Assembly (NCBI GenBank): GCA_040218735.1
Contig: JAVJQW010000019.1
Span: forward strand, 1 to 64,000
Direction: 5' to 3'
DNA: 64,000 nucleotides
Source: Deltaproteobacteria bacterium
GTDB taxonomy: Bacteria; Myxococcota; Kuafuiibacteriia; Kuafuiibacteriales; Kuafuiibacteriaceae
The notes below the pieces were generated by a model. The model ran no database searches and was not told the origin of the DNA. It was given only the letters and a program-made list of their open reading frames with translations. A program made the translations under genes and the position numbers. Positions 32,156-41,994 of this stretch are shown here, one piece after another. Position 1 is the first letter of the stretch. Each line of letters opens with the position of its first letter.

Positions 32156-32827
32156 ATGGGGGAGCGTAAGGCCGCCGCGTTCTTCGACATGGACGGGACC
32201 CTGGTGAGCACGAACCTCGTGCACTCCTACCTGTTCATGGCGGCCCACGAGCCGTCGATCGCCGGCAGCGTCGTCAGCACCGCGAAGGGGCTCGCCAAGA
32301 TCCCCGCGTTCTTCGCCGTCGACCAGTTCAGCCGCCTCGCGTTCAACGACCTCCTCTTCGCGGGGTACGCCGGCTCCTACGAGGACCGGCTGATCGACTA
32401 CGCCGAAGACCACTTCGAGAAGGTGCTCAAGCCGAACATCTTCCCCGGGTCCTACGACCTCGTCGCGAACGGGAAGAAGAAGGGCCTTCGGCAGGTCATC
32501 GTGTCCGGCAGCCTCGACTTCATGGTCGCGCCGCTCGCCCGGCACCTCGGCATCGACGACATCATCACGAACCGCCTGGAGATGAAGAACGGCGTGGCGA
32601 CGGGGAAGCTCCTCAAGCCGATCGTCGCGGGCGCCAACAAGGCGCGCATCATCCAGGAGTACGCCCGCGACTACGACATCGACCTGCTCGACAGCTACGG
32701 CTTCTCCGACAGCTATTCGGACTATTCGATGCTGGCCGTCGTCGGCCGCCCGGCCGCGGTGAATCCGGACCGCCGTCTGCGCCGCTCCGCCAAGGAGCTG
32801 AACTGGCCGATCCTCGACGTGCGCTGA
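32156..32827 (+). CDS. HAD-IB family hydrolase
   Basis: FFDMDGTL, IVSGS, GANKA, FSDSYSD, VNPD. Confidence 0.93.
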   Translation: MGERKAAAFFDMDGTLVSTNLVHSYLFMAAHEPSIAGSVVSTAKGLAKIPAFFAVDQFSRLAFNDLLFAGYAGSYEDRLIDYAEDHFEKVLKPNIFPGSYDLVANGKKKGLRQVIVSGSLDFMVAPLARHLGIDDIITNRLEMKNGVATGKLLKPIVAGANKARIIQEYARDYDIDLLDSYGFSDSYSDYSMLAVVGRPAAVNPDRRLRRSAKELNWPILDVR

Positions 32828-32847
32828 CTTGTGTTAGTGATCGAGGG

Positions 32848-33717
32848 ATGTGCCGGCTGTTCGGCTTTCGGAGCGTCATCCCGAGCATGGTCCACCGCTC
32901 GCTGATCGACGCGGACAACGCGCTCGGCGTGCAGAGCGAGAACCACCCCGACGGCTGGGGCGTCGCCTACTACATCGACAACGCGCCGCACGTGATGAAG
33001 AGCGTGTCGACGGCGCTGACCGATCAGCTGTTTCAGCGGGTGAGCGGCATCGTGTCGTCGGAGACCGTCGTCGCGCACGTGCGCAAGGCGACGCAGGGTG
33101 ACCTGTCCGTCCTCAACGCGCACCCGTTCCAGTACGGGCGCTGGGTGTTCGCGCACAACGGCGACATCCCGGAGTTCGGCGAGGTGCGCAAGACACTGCT
33201 GAACGAGGTCGCGCCGCGCCTGCGCCGCTTCGTCCTCGGCGACACCGACAGCGAAGTCATCTTCTTCATGTTCCTCTCCGAGCTGCAGCGGCACGGCGCG
33301 CTCGCCAACAACCACGGCACCGACGAGGTCTTCGCCGCGCTCAGCACGACGGTCGAGCGCGTGCGCGAGATCTGCGACACGAAGCAGCGCGGACACACCT
33401 CGCTGCTCACGCTCCTCGCGACGAACGGCGCGACGCTCGCGGCGACGCGCGGCGGTAAGGAGCTGTACTGGTCGTCGTACAAGACGCGCTGCGCGGACCG
33501 CGACACGTGCCCATCGCTATCCGACGAGTGTGAAGCGCCGACGCTCACCGGATTCGTGAACCACCTGATCCTCTCGAGTGAGCCGCTCGGCGGTGAAAAC
33601 GTCTGGCACGAGCTCGACGACGGCGGGCTCATCGGCGTCGACTGGCGGATGCGGTTGGTTCACCGCGGGCTCGACGAGTCGCGCTCCCTCCCGATCGTCC
33701 ACGACGCGGCGAGCTGA
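32848..33717 (+). CDS. Class II glutamine amidotransferase (YafJ/EgtC-like)
   Basis: N-terminal MCRLFG, HPDGWG, AHVRKAT, HPF, FAHNG, GDTDSE. Confidence 0.92.
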   Translation: MCRLFGFRSVIPSMVHRSLIDADNALGVQSENHPDGWGVAYYIDNAPHVMKSVSTALTDQLFQRVSGIVSSETVVAHVRKATQGDLSVLNAHPFQYGRWVFAHNGDIPEFGEVRKTLLNEVAPRLRRFVLGDTDSEVIFFMFLSELQRHGALANNHGTDEVFAALSTTVERVREICDTKQRGHTSLLTLLATNGATLAATRGGKELYWSSYKTRCADRDTCPSLSDECEAPTLTGFVNHLILSSEPLGGENVWHELDDGGLIGVDWRMRLVHRGLDESRSLPIVHDAAS

Positions 33718-33722
33718 ATCGA

Positions 33723-34751
33723 ATGGTCACCATCGCCGTCGACGCCATGGGAGGCGACAACGCCCCCGACGCGATCGTGCGCGGAGCCGCCGAGGCTTCG
33801 CTGGCGATCGACGGCGAGGTGTTGCTCGTCGGCGACGAAGCGAAGATCGCTCCGCTCCTGGAGAACGCGAAACACGATCCGGAGCGCATCCGCATCCACC
33901 ACGCCCCGCAGGCGATACCGATGGACTGCAAACCGCGGGCGGCGCTCGACGCGATGCCGGAGTCGTCGCTGTGCGTGGCGACGAAGCTCGTCGCCGCGGA
34001 GGGTCACGCGGACGCGCTGGTCAGCGCCGGCAACACCGGCGCGGTGATCCTCGCGTGCGCCGACGCGTTCGAGTGCATCCCGGGCGTACGCCGTACGGCG
34101 CTGGCGGCGGTGATCCCGACGGAGCGCCGACGCGGCAAGAAGCAGGACCCCTTCACGTTGCTGCTCGACGCGGGCGCGACGCTGCGGGTGTCGGCGGAGG
34201 ACCTCGTCGGCTTCGCGTTGATGGGCGCGGCGTACGCTTCGATCGTCTCGAAGAACGACCGCCCGCGCGTCGCGCTGCTGTCGAACGGCACCGAGCCGAC
34301 GAAGGGCACGCCGGAGATCGTCGAGGCGCACCAGCTGCTGCTGACGGCGGACGGGATCGACTTCGTCGGCAACCTCGAGGGCATCGACATCCCGCGCGGC
34401 AAAGCCGACGTCATCGTGTGCGACGGCTTCACCGGGAACATCACGCTGAAGATGCTCGAGGGCGTCTCCCAGACCGTGAAGAACCTCGCGCGCTACGCGT
34501 ACCGGCGGAAGGTGTCGTGGAAGCTCGCGATGTGGCTGCTGTCGAGCGGCATCAAGCGCATCAAGGAAGTCACCGACTGGCAGCAGTACGGCGGCGCGCC
34601 GATCCTCGGGTTCGATCGGCTCTGCATCAAGGCGCACGGCCGCAGCGGTCCGCGCGCGATCCGCAACGCGATCAAGGTGGCGGAGCGCTGCGTGAATCAG
34701 GACCTGGCGGGGCGGATCGAGAAGTACGTCGCGTCGGTCGACCGAAGCTGA
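33723..34751 (+). CDS. plsX: Phosphate acyltransferase
   Basis: IAVDAMGGDNAP, VSAGNTGA, CDGFTGNI.LK..EG, YGGAPILG, KAHGRS. Confidence 0.95.
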   Translation: MVTIAVDAMGGDNAPDAIVRGAAEASLAIDGEVLLVGDEAKIAPLLENAKHDPERIRIHHAPQAIPMDCKPRAALDAMPESSLCVATKLVAAEGHADALVSAGNTGAVILACADAFECIPGVRRTALAAVIPTERRRGKKQDPFTLLLDAGATLRVSAEDLVGFALMGAAYASIVSKNDRPRVALLSNGTEPTKGTPEIVEAHQLLLTADGIDFVGNLEGIDIPRGKADVIVCDGFTGNITLKMLEGVSQTVKNLARYAYRRKVSWKLAMWLLSSGIKRIKEVTDWQQYGGAPILGFDRLCIKAHGRSGPRAIRNAIKVAERCVNQDLAGRIEKYVASVDRS

Positions 34752-35162
34752 CTACGCGAGCGCGGTCTTCGCGACCGTGCCTTCGGTCGGTGCATTCGCG
34801 GCGTCGAGTCGGCGGGAGGCCGGACGCAAGATGTAGGACGCGACGGCGACGGACAGCACGACGAGCGGCGCGAGCGAGTCGGCGACGGGATCGCCGGAGG
34901 CGAGGTGCGAGACGAACGCGCCGGTGAGCAGGAATCCGATCCCGGCGTACGCCCACTCCTTGATGCGCGCGAAGCCCGGGACGAGGAGAGCGACCGCAGC
35001 GCCGACCTTCCAGATGCCGAGGAGCGGGAGGATGTAGGCGGGGTAGCCGAGGCGGGCCATGTTCTGCTGCATCTCTTCGCTCCCGCTGAGCTGACCGACA
35101 CCGCCGCCGAGCAGCGCGAGCGCGACCAGGACCGTGAGCACCCAATAGATCTTCTTGTTCAT
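34752..35162 (-). CDS. DoxX-like membrane protein
   Basis: LGYPAY, KEWAYAG, four TM segments. Confidence 0.9.
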   Translation of the reverse strand: MNKKIYWVLTVLVALALLGGGVGQLSGSEEMQQNMARLGYPAYILPLLGIWKVGAAVALLVPGFARIKEWAYAGIGFLLTGAFVSHLASGDPVADSLAPLVVLSVAVASYILRPASRRLDAANAPTEGTVAKTALA

Positions 35163-35237
35163 GGCACCACCCTAAGAATCGACTCATAAGTGGACAAGAC
35201 GTCGACTTCGGGCACCACCTGAACGAAAATCGAGCAG

Positions 35238-36143
35238 ATGATTGCGGATGCGCTGCGGGAGTTCGTCACCATCGTGGAGCAGGGCTCCGTGTCGAAGGCG
35301 GCCCGATCGCTGGAGCTTCCGCGGGCGACGCTCTCCCGCCACCTCGCGGCGATGGAGGACGACCTCGGCGTGACCCTCCTGCACCGGCAGACGCGCCGCC
35401 TCACGCTGACCGCGGCCGGCGAGACGTTGTACCGGCGCGCGCTCAAGCTCGTCGCCGATGCGCAGGCGTTGGAGGTCGCGGTGCGGGAGCTCGACGGGGT
35501 GCCGCGCGGCGTGCTGCGGGTCTCCCTGCCGCCCGCGATCGGAGCCCGCGGCGGTGAGCTGCTGGGGCGCTACCTCGACAAGTACCCTCAGGTGTCGATC
35601 GACGTGGTCTCGACCGCGCGACACGTGGACCTCGTCGGCGAGGGGATCGACGTCGCGCTGCGCGGCGGGCTCGTCCGCGATCCGTCGTTGATGGTGCGGC
35701 AGCTGATGCCATCACGCATTCGCCTCGTGGCGGCGCCCGCGTTGCTGGAGGTGACCGGCCCGATCGAATCGGTGGAGGACCTCGCGCGGCTCCCGTGCGT
35801 GCGGATGTACGAAGGGGGCTGGCGGCCGATCGATCACTACCCGCTCACGGCCGGCGGCGCGGTGCAGGTCGACGGGCGGCTTCGCTGCAACGACGTGGTG
35901 CTCGCGCGTTCGTTTGTGTTGGAGGGGCGCGCGGCGGCGTTGCTCCCGGACGAGTTCACCGTGCACGACCTCGAGCGCGGGGCGATGGTCGAAGTGCTCC
36001 CCGAAGTGATCGGCGCTCGGGGCGCCGTGTCGGTGGTGTGGCCGCAGCAAGACCACCTCGACCCGAAGGTACGTGCGTTCATCGACGAGGCGGTCGCGTA
36101 CTTCGCCGAGTGGAAGTCGGGCGACCTGATGCGTCACCAGTAG
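35238..36143 (+). CDS. LysR family regulator
   Basis: GSVSKAARSL, LLHRQTRRLTLT, DLVGEGIDVALR; divergent from doxX. Confidence 0.93.
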   Translation: MIADALREFVTIVEQGSVSKAARSLELPRATLSRHLAAMEDDLGVTLLHRQTRRLTLTAAGETLYRRALKLVADAQALEVAVRELDGVPRGVLRVSLPPAIGARGGELLGRYLDKYPQVSIDVVSTARHVDLVGEGIDVALRGGLVRDPSLMVRQLMPSRIRLVAAPALLEVTGPIESVEDLARLPCVRMYEGGWRPIDHYPLTAGGAVQVDGRLRCNDVVLARSFVLEGRAAALLPDEFTVHDLERGAMVEVLPEVIGARGAVSVVWPQQDHLDPKVRAFIDEAVAYFAEWKSGDLMRHQ

Positions 36144-36808
36144 AGCTGCCAGACGCCGTCGTCGAGGACGCCGTGGCCCTGGAACGTGACGCGCTCCTCG
36201 CCCGGTTCGAGCGGGCGGTCGGCGGCGATCTGGTGGAGGTGCGCGCCGTCGTGCACGAACAGATCGCCGAGCGCGTAGGGGTGGTAGGTCGCGTCGGCTT
36301 CGGTGGGGCGGTGGTCCTCGCCGTGGAGGATCGGCCAAGTGTAGAGGCCGGCGCCGGCGGCGGGGATCGCGATCGGGACGGTGAAGGAGAAGCGGCGCGA
36401 CGGGTCCGCGTTCGGGGAGACGTTCCAGTCGAGGTGCTCGTGCTGGAGGTCGTAGTGCAACTTGGGTTGCAAGTCACCGAGGCGGTCGTGGTGTTGGAAC
36501 AGGTGGAAGCCGGGCGGCGCGTAGACGTTGGTAATGGCGGCCGGAGCTCCGAGCGCGCCTTCGACGGCGATGACGAGGCGGTCGTAGAGCCAGCCGAGCT
36601 CCCGGTGCAACGCGCGTCGCGCGCGGGTCGCGCGAGTGTAGTACTGGCGGACGCCGTCGGTGGGGATGTCGAGGTAGGCCGCGGCGCCGATCGTGAAGGA
36701 CGGCAGCTCGGGGTGACGCGGGATCCAGTAGCGCTTCAACGCGTCGACGGCGGCGCGCGCGCGGGTGCAGTCGGCGGCGTCGAGGAATCGGTGCGCGGTG
36801 GGCTGCAT
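36134..36808 (-). CDS. Hypothetical protein, possible 2OG-Fe(II) oxygenase fold
   Basis: LHYD...HLHQI...RVTFQGH fits an HxD...H...R pattern. Confidence 0.6.
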   Translation of the reverse strand: MQPTAHRFLDAADCTRARAAVDALKRYWIPRHPELPSFTIGAAAYLDIPTDGVRQYYTRATRARRALHRELGWLYDRLVIAVEGALGAPAAITNVYAPPGFHLFQHHDRLGDLQPKLHYDLQHEHLDWNVSPNADPSRRFSFTVPIAIPAAGAGLYTWPILHGEDHRPTEADATYHPYALGDLFVHDGAHLHQIAADRPLEPGEERVTFQGHGVLDDGVWQLYW

Positions 36809-36864
36809 GAGGAGCGATCTTGTCCGACGCGGCGTTTTCGGTCGAGCCGCGGTACCCTTCGGTG

Positions 36865-37557
36865 ATGGACGATCTGACGCGCGATCGACTCGAAGAGCTC
36901 CTGGACCGGCGAGGCACGTTCTTCGAGGCGCGCTGGCGAGGCGTCGACTTCCTCGTGCTCGACACGCTCGCTTTCGGCGCGGGCGAGAAACGGTGGGACG
37001 AGGAGATCGGCTACCTGCTCGTCGACCTTCCGCGCCCGAACCCGTGTGATCTCCTCCTCGACTCGCGGCGCGAGGCGGACGACGGAGCGGGAGACGATCT
37101 ACATCGTTACTTCACGTGGTCGGCGACGAACGACCAGCTCGTGACGTCGCAGATCTGCGGCGCGCTCCTCGACGTGATGCTGTCGCTGCGCGAGCGCTAC
37201 AAGCGCGTCACCGTCACGGACGACTGGGTGGGCTTCGGGCCGATCGCCCGTGCGCCGTCGGAGTTGGTGGACGACCTCGACCGCGTCGTACAGCTCGCGC
37301 TCGCGTCGCGCGGCGAGGACTTCGACGCCGGCCCGCCCGGATGGGAGACGAAGGGGAGCTTCCCGACCCGGCGCCGATCCGCCGAGGCGCAGTTCGTCGC
37401 ACCGCCGGTGGGGTGGTCCACGGACAGCGCACCGGACGGCCCGAACGCCGAACCGGCGGAGGGCGCCGAGCTCCCGTTCTGTTACTTCTGCGGCGCCGCG
37501 ATGGAGCGCGTCGCACGCGTGTGCCCGGAGTGCGGCGCGGACCTCAGCGACGACTGA
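36865..37557 (+). CDS. Protein with a C-terminal zinc ribbon
   Basis: CYFCG...CPECG at the C-terminus. Confidence 0.75.
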   Translation: MDDLTRDRLEELLDRRGTFFEARWRGVDFLVLDTLAFGAGEKRWDEEIGYLLVDLPRPNPCDLLLDSRREADDGAGDDLHRYFTWSATNDQLVTSQICGALLDVMLSLRERYKRVTVTDDWVGFGPIARAPSELVDDLDRVVQLALASRGEDFDAGPPGWETKGSFPTRRRSAEAQFVAPPVGWSTDSAPDGPNAEPAEGAELPFCYFCGAAMERVARVCPECGADLSDD

Positions 37558-37592
37558 ACACACTCCGCGCCGAGCAGTGGTATCTTCGCGGC

Positions 37593-38618
37593 GTGGGCAA
37601 ACGCGCTTGGGGCTCCGCTGGCGTGGTGTTCGCGCTGCTCGCGACCGCGGCGGCCCGCGCGGAGGAGCCCGGGGCCCCCGAGCTCACCCCGACCGCCGCG
37701 AGCCTCGACGTCCTGATCCCCATCATCACGCACGTCGGCACGTTCGTGGAGTATCGGCGGGTGATGGTTGCGCGGGGTCGGCCGCCCTTGATCCCAATCG
37801 TGACGCCGCACGGGACGCTGGTGCACCCTACCGGTACCGGTACCGGTCCGGGTCCCGACGGCGGCGCCGCGATTGAGGCACGAGGGGTGGGCGCCGCTTC
37901 CGTTTCCGCGTCCGTTTCCGCTTCCGCTTCCGAGTCCGCTTCCGAGTCCGTCACCAGCTTCGGTTCCGGCTCCGCGTCCGCCTCGGAATCCGGCTCTGTC
38001 CCCCCGCCGCGTAGCGCGGATCGCGGAGCTTCGTCGAAGGGCGAGGGTAGCGTCGCCGGCTCCGCCGCGACCGCGGGCGCGAAGGTCGCCGCCCCGACGG
38101 CGCGGCCCCGCTCCGCGCTCTCCCTCGCGCTCCACTACGAGGCCGGCTACTTCGGCCCCGCCGACGTGAACGCCGAGCTCACGGCCCGGGCGGGCGTCGA
38201 GCGTAACTTCGTCCTCTTCGGGGGCCTCGGCCTCGGGCTCGAGGTTCGTCCGCACCCTTGGGTCGGGCTGTCGGCGACGACGAGTTACCTCCTCGCGCCG
38301 CCGGAGACGATCAACCTCGAGGTCCACTATCTGCACGCGTTCGCGGGCACGGTCGCGGCGCGGCTCTACGTCCCCACGGTCGACGCGCTCGACATCGCGA
38401 TGGGCGTCGAGGGCTCGATCCACTGGGCCGGCTACCAGGACACCAGCGCCGTAGGCCCCGGGTTCGTGTGGCGCTTCGGCGTCCAGCTCCTCGACCCGGA
38501 CCTCCCCGCCGTGCTCGCCACGATCTACGTCCGCCGCGCCAAGCTCCGCGACGACGACGGCTTCGAGCTCGACCTCTCCGGGATCGGCGCGATGGCCGAC
38601 TTCTCGTTCGACCTATAA
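37593..38618 (+). CDS. Secreted or outer-membrane protein with an S/A/G hexamer-repeat linker
   Basis: Signal peptide ending AARA-EE; alternating beta-strand C-terminal half ending FSFDL. Confidence 0.65.
   Translation: MGKRAWGSAGVVFALLATAAARAEEPGAPELTPTAASLDVLIPIITHVGTFVEYRRVMVARGRPPLIPIVTPHGTLVHPTGTGTGPGPDGGAAIEARGVGAASVSASVSASASESASESVTSFGSGSASASESGSVPPPRSADRGASSKGEGSVAGSAATAGAKVAAPTARPRSALSLALHYEAGYFGPADVNAELTARAGVERNFVLFGGLGLGLEVRPHPWVGLSATTSYLLAPPETINLEVHYLHAFAGTVAARLYVPTVDALDIAMGVEGSIHWAGYQDTSAVGPGFVWRFGVQLLDPDLPAVLATIYVRRAKLRDDDGFELDLSGIGAMADFSFDL
37828..38000. repeat. Degenerate hexamer tracts (ACCGGT)n and (TCCGNN)n inside a CDS
   Basis: ACCGGTACCGGTACCGGT and TCCGTTTCCGCGTCCGTTTCCGCTTCCGCTTCCGAGTCCGCTTCCGAGTCCG. 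Confidence 0.8.
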
Positions 38619-38867
38619 CGCGTCGGTCGACGCGAGCAGCTCGGGACGGAAGTCCCCACGCACCCGCACCAGCGGGGCGAACCGCGTCTTCCGTCGCACC
38701 CGCACCAGCGTCGCGCTCGGTTTGACGAGCTCCCCGGACAGCCGCACCTCCGAGAACTCGATGACCGTCTTCTTCTTGAAGGCCTCCTGAGGCGCCTCCT
38801 CCTCCGCGAACGCGACGCCGGGGACCGTGAGCATCAGGGTCAGCAACCCCGTGAACCATCTGTTCAT
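38613..38867 (-). CDS. cglF: CglF/GltF-like gliding motility protein
   Basis: Signal peptide followed by KKKTVIEFSEVRLSGELVKP...F..L..VRGDFRPEL..S.D.L, the myxobacterial GltF pattern. Confidence 0.75.
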   Translation of the reverse strand: MNRWFTGLLTLMLTVPGVAFAEEEAPQEAFKKKTVIEFSEVRLSGELVKPSATLVRVRRKTRFAPLVRVRGDFRPELLASTDAL

Positions 38868-38887
38868 GTTCCTTCGGTGCTTCGAAG

Positions 38888-39904
38888 GTGGCGAAGCCTT
38901 ACAGAATGAAGTTGACTACGGCTCCGGTGGCCAAGAAATCGGATGTCATCTGGAACGAGCTCAGCCTCGTTCTGCAGGCGGGCAAGCCCAAGGAGATCGC
39001 CCGCCACCTGCACCTGCTCTCGAAGCAGCAGCTGCACCCGCTCTTCCGCGCCGCCCTCGACGCGCAGATCCTCTGGAACGAAGGCGCGATCGCGCAGGCC
39101 TGCGAGGAGCTCGAGAACGCGCAGAAGACCCGCAAGCTCGGGCCGCACGAGATCCTGATGCTCGGCCTCATCCTCTACGAGAAAGAGGAGTTCGACGAGG
39201 CCGAGAAGCAGCTCGACTTCGCGTTCGAGAAGGGCGTCCTCGACAGTCGCCTCGTCCTCGCGCGCGCCGGGGTCCAGATCGCGAAAGAGAAGTACACCGT
39301 CGCGCGGAAGATCCTCCACACGTCGCTCAAGGCCGAGATGAACCAGTGGCGCGCGTGGCTGCTGCTCGGCGAGGTGGAGATCCTCCGCAAGGATCTCCGC
39401 GCCGCCGCCGACGCTTTCCTCGCCGTCACGCGCCTCGCCCCGAACTTCGAGCCCGGCTGGACCCACGCCGCCGGCGTGCTCGTCGACCTCGGCTACCCCG
39501 AGCGCGCCGCCGAGCTGCTCCGCCGCATCTGCAGCGTGCGTCCGAGCTTCGTCGCCGCGCAGCTCGCCTTCGCGCAGGTGCTCCAGAACCTCGGGCAGTT
39601 CAAAGAGGCCCTCCACTGTCTCCGCACCGTCGGCCGCTACGCGATGGAGCCGACGATGCTCATGGAGATCGCGGAGATGATGTTCAAGCTGCAGGAGTAC
39701 CAGGACTGCGCGAACATCCTGAACCGCGCGCAAGAGCAGGCGCAGCACCTCCCCAAGCTCTGGTTCCTCCGCGGCGAGCTCGCCAACGCCGCCGGACTCG
39801 AAGGTCGCGCCAACGCGATCCAACACTACCGAGAAGCCCTGCTCCGCGACCGCGAGTTCAAACCCGCACGCGAGCGCCTCGACGCCCTCCTCGCCCAGAT
39901 CTGA
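38888..39904 (+). CDS. Tetratricopeptide repeat protein
   Basis: Repeated AWLLLGE, LWFLRGE and AIQHYREAL..D TPR-like helices; the start may be ATG 38906. Confidence 0.85.
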   Translation: MAKPYRMKLTTAPVAKKSDVIWNELSLVLQAGKPKEIARHLHLLSKQQLHPLFRAALDAQILWNEGAIAQACEELENAQKTRKLGPHEILMLGLILYEKEEFDEAEKQLDFAFEKGVLDSRLVLARAGVQIAKEKYTVARKILHTSLKAEMNQWRAWLLLGEVEILRKDLRAAADAFLAVTRLAPNFEPGWTHAAGVLVDLGYPERAAELLRRICSVRPSFVAAQLAFAQVLQNLGQFKEALHCLRTVGRYAMEPTMLMEIAEMMFKLQEYQDCANILNRAQEQAQHLPKLWFLRGELANAAGLEGRANAIQHYREALLRDREFKPARERLDALLAQI

Positions 39905-39978
39905 AGCGGGCCTGACGCAACGCGACGTCGACAATAGGTGTAGCGACCGGCTCGCCGGGCCCGTAGGCTCCGCGCCGC

Positions 39979-41994
39979 ATGGGCCGCCGCCGCAAGTACG
40001 CCAGCGCATCCCCCCCCGCGCCGATCGACCTCAACCCGATCTCCGAGCCCGTCCTCGACTTCCCCGACCGCGACCTCGCGGACATGACGCCCGACGACTA
40101 CGCCCGCCTCGGCTTCATCTGCGGGCTCGAGGTGCACCAGCAGCTCCTCACGCAGCGCAAGCTCTTCTGCCGCTGCCCCGCCGGCGTGCGCACGCGCGAG
40201 GTCGACGCCGAGGTCCTCCGCCACATGCGCCCCACCCTCTCCGAGCTCGGCGAGTACGACGGCTGCGCGCTGATGGAGTTCAAGACGAAGAAGGAGATCC
40301 TGTATCTCCTCGCGCACGGCCTCGTCTGCACCTACGAGATGGACGACACGCCGCCGTTCGAGATCGACCCGCTCGCCGTGAAGCGCGCGCTCGAGGTCTC
40401 GGCGATGTTCGACATGAACCTCGTCTCCGAGCTGCAGGTCATGCGGAAGCAATACCTCGACGGCTCGATCCCCACCGGCTTCCAACGCACCGCGATGGTC
40501 GCGCTCGGCGGACAGATCCCCATGCGCGAGAGTGAGCTCGGTCCGGACCGTGTGCTCCGCATCCGCCAACTCACGCTCGAAGAAGACAGCTGCCGCGAAG
40601 TCCGCGACCACGGCCACAACATCATCTTCCGCACTGACCGCCTCGGCACGCCGCTCATCGAGACCGTCACGGAGCCGGACCTCGTCACGCCCCACGACGT
40701 CGCGGTCGGCGGGCGCCTAATCGCCTCCGTCGCGCGCGCGTCGAACAAGGTACGACGCGGGCCGGGCGCCGCGCGTCAGGACGTGAACGTCTCGATCGCC
40801 GGCAGCCGCCGCGTCGAGATCAAGGGCGTCCCGAACCACCGCATCCTCCCGCGCCTCGTGCACAACGAAGCGTTCCGGCACCTCAACCTGCTGCGCATCC
40901 GCGACCTGATGCACAAACGCGAGCTCGCGGAGAGGGACTTCCAGATCGACGACAGCGAAGACGCGTGGACGTCGAGCCTCGTCGTCGACGCGCGGCGACT
41001 GCTCCGCGGCTCCGCGTTCCTCCCGATCGTGGAGGCGCGCGCGCAGGGCGAGATGGTCTGCGCCGTTCGCATCCCGCGCTGCGCGGGCCTGCTCGCGCAC
41101 CGCACCCAACCCGGGCACGTCTTCCTGCAGGAGCTGTCGGAGCGCGTGCGGGTGATCGCCTGCCTGACGCCGCCGTTCATGATCTCGTCGGACACCCACG
41201 CGGACGCGCTGTCGAGCGTGGTGTGGCAGCAGCTCCGCTCCGCGACCGGCGCGACGCGCGACGACGCGATCGTCGTGGTGTGGGGCCCCGAGGACGACGT
41301 CGACACCGCCGCGCGCGAGATCCTGACCCGCGCCGCCGACGCGACCGTCGGCGTCCCCTCCGAGACACGCCAGGCCCACGGCGACGCCTCGACCGGCTTC
41401 GAGCGCATCCTCCCCGGCCCCGAGCGCATGTACCCGGACACCGACACGCCGCCCCTCCCGATCCCCGACGTGTGGCTCGAGGACAACGCGGCACACATGG
41501 CGCCGCGTCCGTGGGAGCGCGAGGACCGCTACCTCGCGGACGGCGTCACACCGGCGCTCGCAAGGCAGCTTGCATCTTCGGTGCACGCGCCCACCTACGA
41601 AGCGCTCGCGCCGAAGACGAAGGACGCCGCGGTGCGTGTCGCCGCGATCCTCGTCGGGCGGCTGCGGCGGTTGAACACGATCGAACCGGAGCGCGTCGCG
41701 CCGCTGGTTCGTGCGGTGGAGGCGGGGACGCTGCTCCCCGAAGCGCTCGACCTCGCGTTCCTCCGCGTGCGGGACGGCGAGAAGGCCGAGACGGTGCTGC
41801 GTGACTTCGAGGTCGCGCGTGATCCCGACGCGCGCCTGTCGGAGGCCGTGGCGAAGGTCGAAGCCGCGAAGAAGGCCGTCCTCACGAAGGACGTCGAAGC
41901 GCGTTGCCGGTGGGCGATGGGCTTGGTGATGCCGGACCTGATCGGGCGCGTCGCGCGCACGACGGTCGAGGCGCGCGTGCGGGAGGTCCTGTGA
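39979..41994 (+). CDS. gatE: Glu-tRNA(Gln) amidotransferase subunit E (archaeal type)
   Basis: GLEVHQQL..RKLFCRCP, DGSIPTGFQRT, LEEDS, RLGTPLIE, RQDVNVSI, an AspRS-like insertion, RMYPDTD. Confidence 0.92.
   Translation: MGRRRKYASASPPAPIDLNPISEPVLDFPDRDLADMTPDDYARLGFICGLEVHQQLLTQRKLFCRCPAGVRTREVDAEVLRHMRPTLSELGEYDGCALMEFKTKKEILYLLAHGLVCTYEMDDTPPFEIDPLAVKRALEVSAMFDMNLVSELQVMRKQYLDGSIPTGFQRTAMVALGGQIPMRESELGPDRVLRIRQLTLEEDSCREVRDHGHNIIFRTDRLGTPLIETVTEPDLVTPHDVAVGGRLIASVARASNKVRRGPGAARQDVNVSIAGSRRVEIKGVPNHRILPRLVHNEAFRHLNLLRIRDLMHKRELAERDFQIDDSEDAWTSSLVVDARRLLRGSAFLPIVEARAQGEMVCAVRIPRCAGLLAHRTQPGHVFLQELSERVRVIACLTPPFMISSDTHADALSSVVWQQLRSATGATRDDAIVVVWGPEDDVDTAAREILTRAADATVGVPSETRQAHGDASTGFERILPGPERMYPDTDTPPLPIPDVWLEDNAAHMAPRPWEREDRYLADGVTPALARQLASSVHAPTYEALAPKTKDAAVRVAAILVGRLRRLNTIEPERVAPLVRAVEAGTLLPEALDLAFLRVRDGEKAETVLRDFEVARDPDARLSEAVAKVEAAKKAVLTKDVEARCRWAMGLVMPDLIGRVARTTVEARVREVL

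Noticed and set aside
34115-34155. PlsX loop TERRRGKKQDPF as another insertion
   Set aside because: No palindrome or flanking direct repeat; probably a lineage-specific loop.
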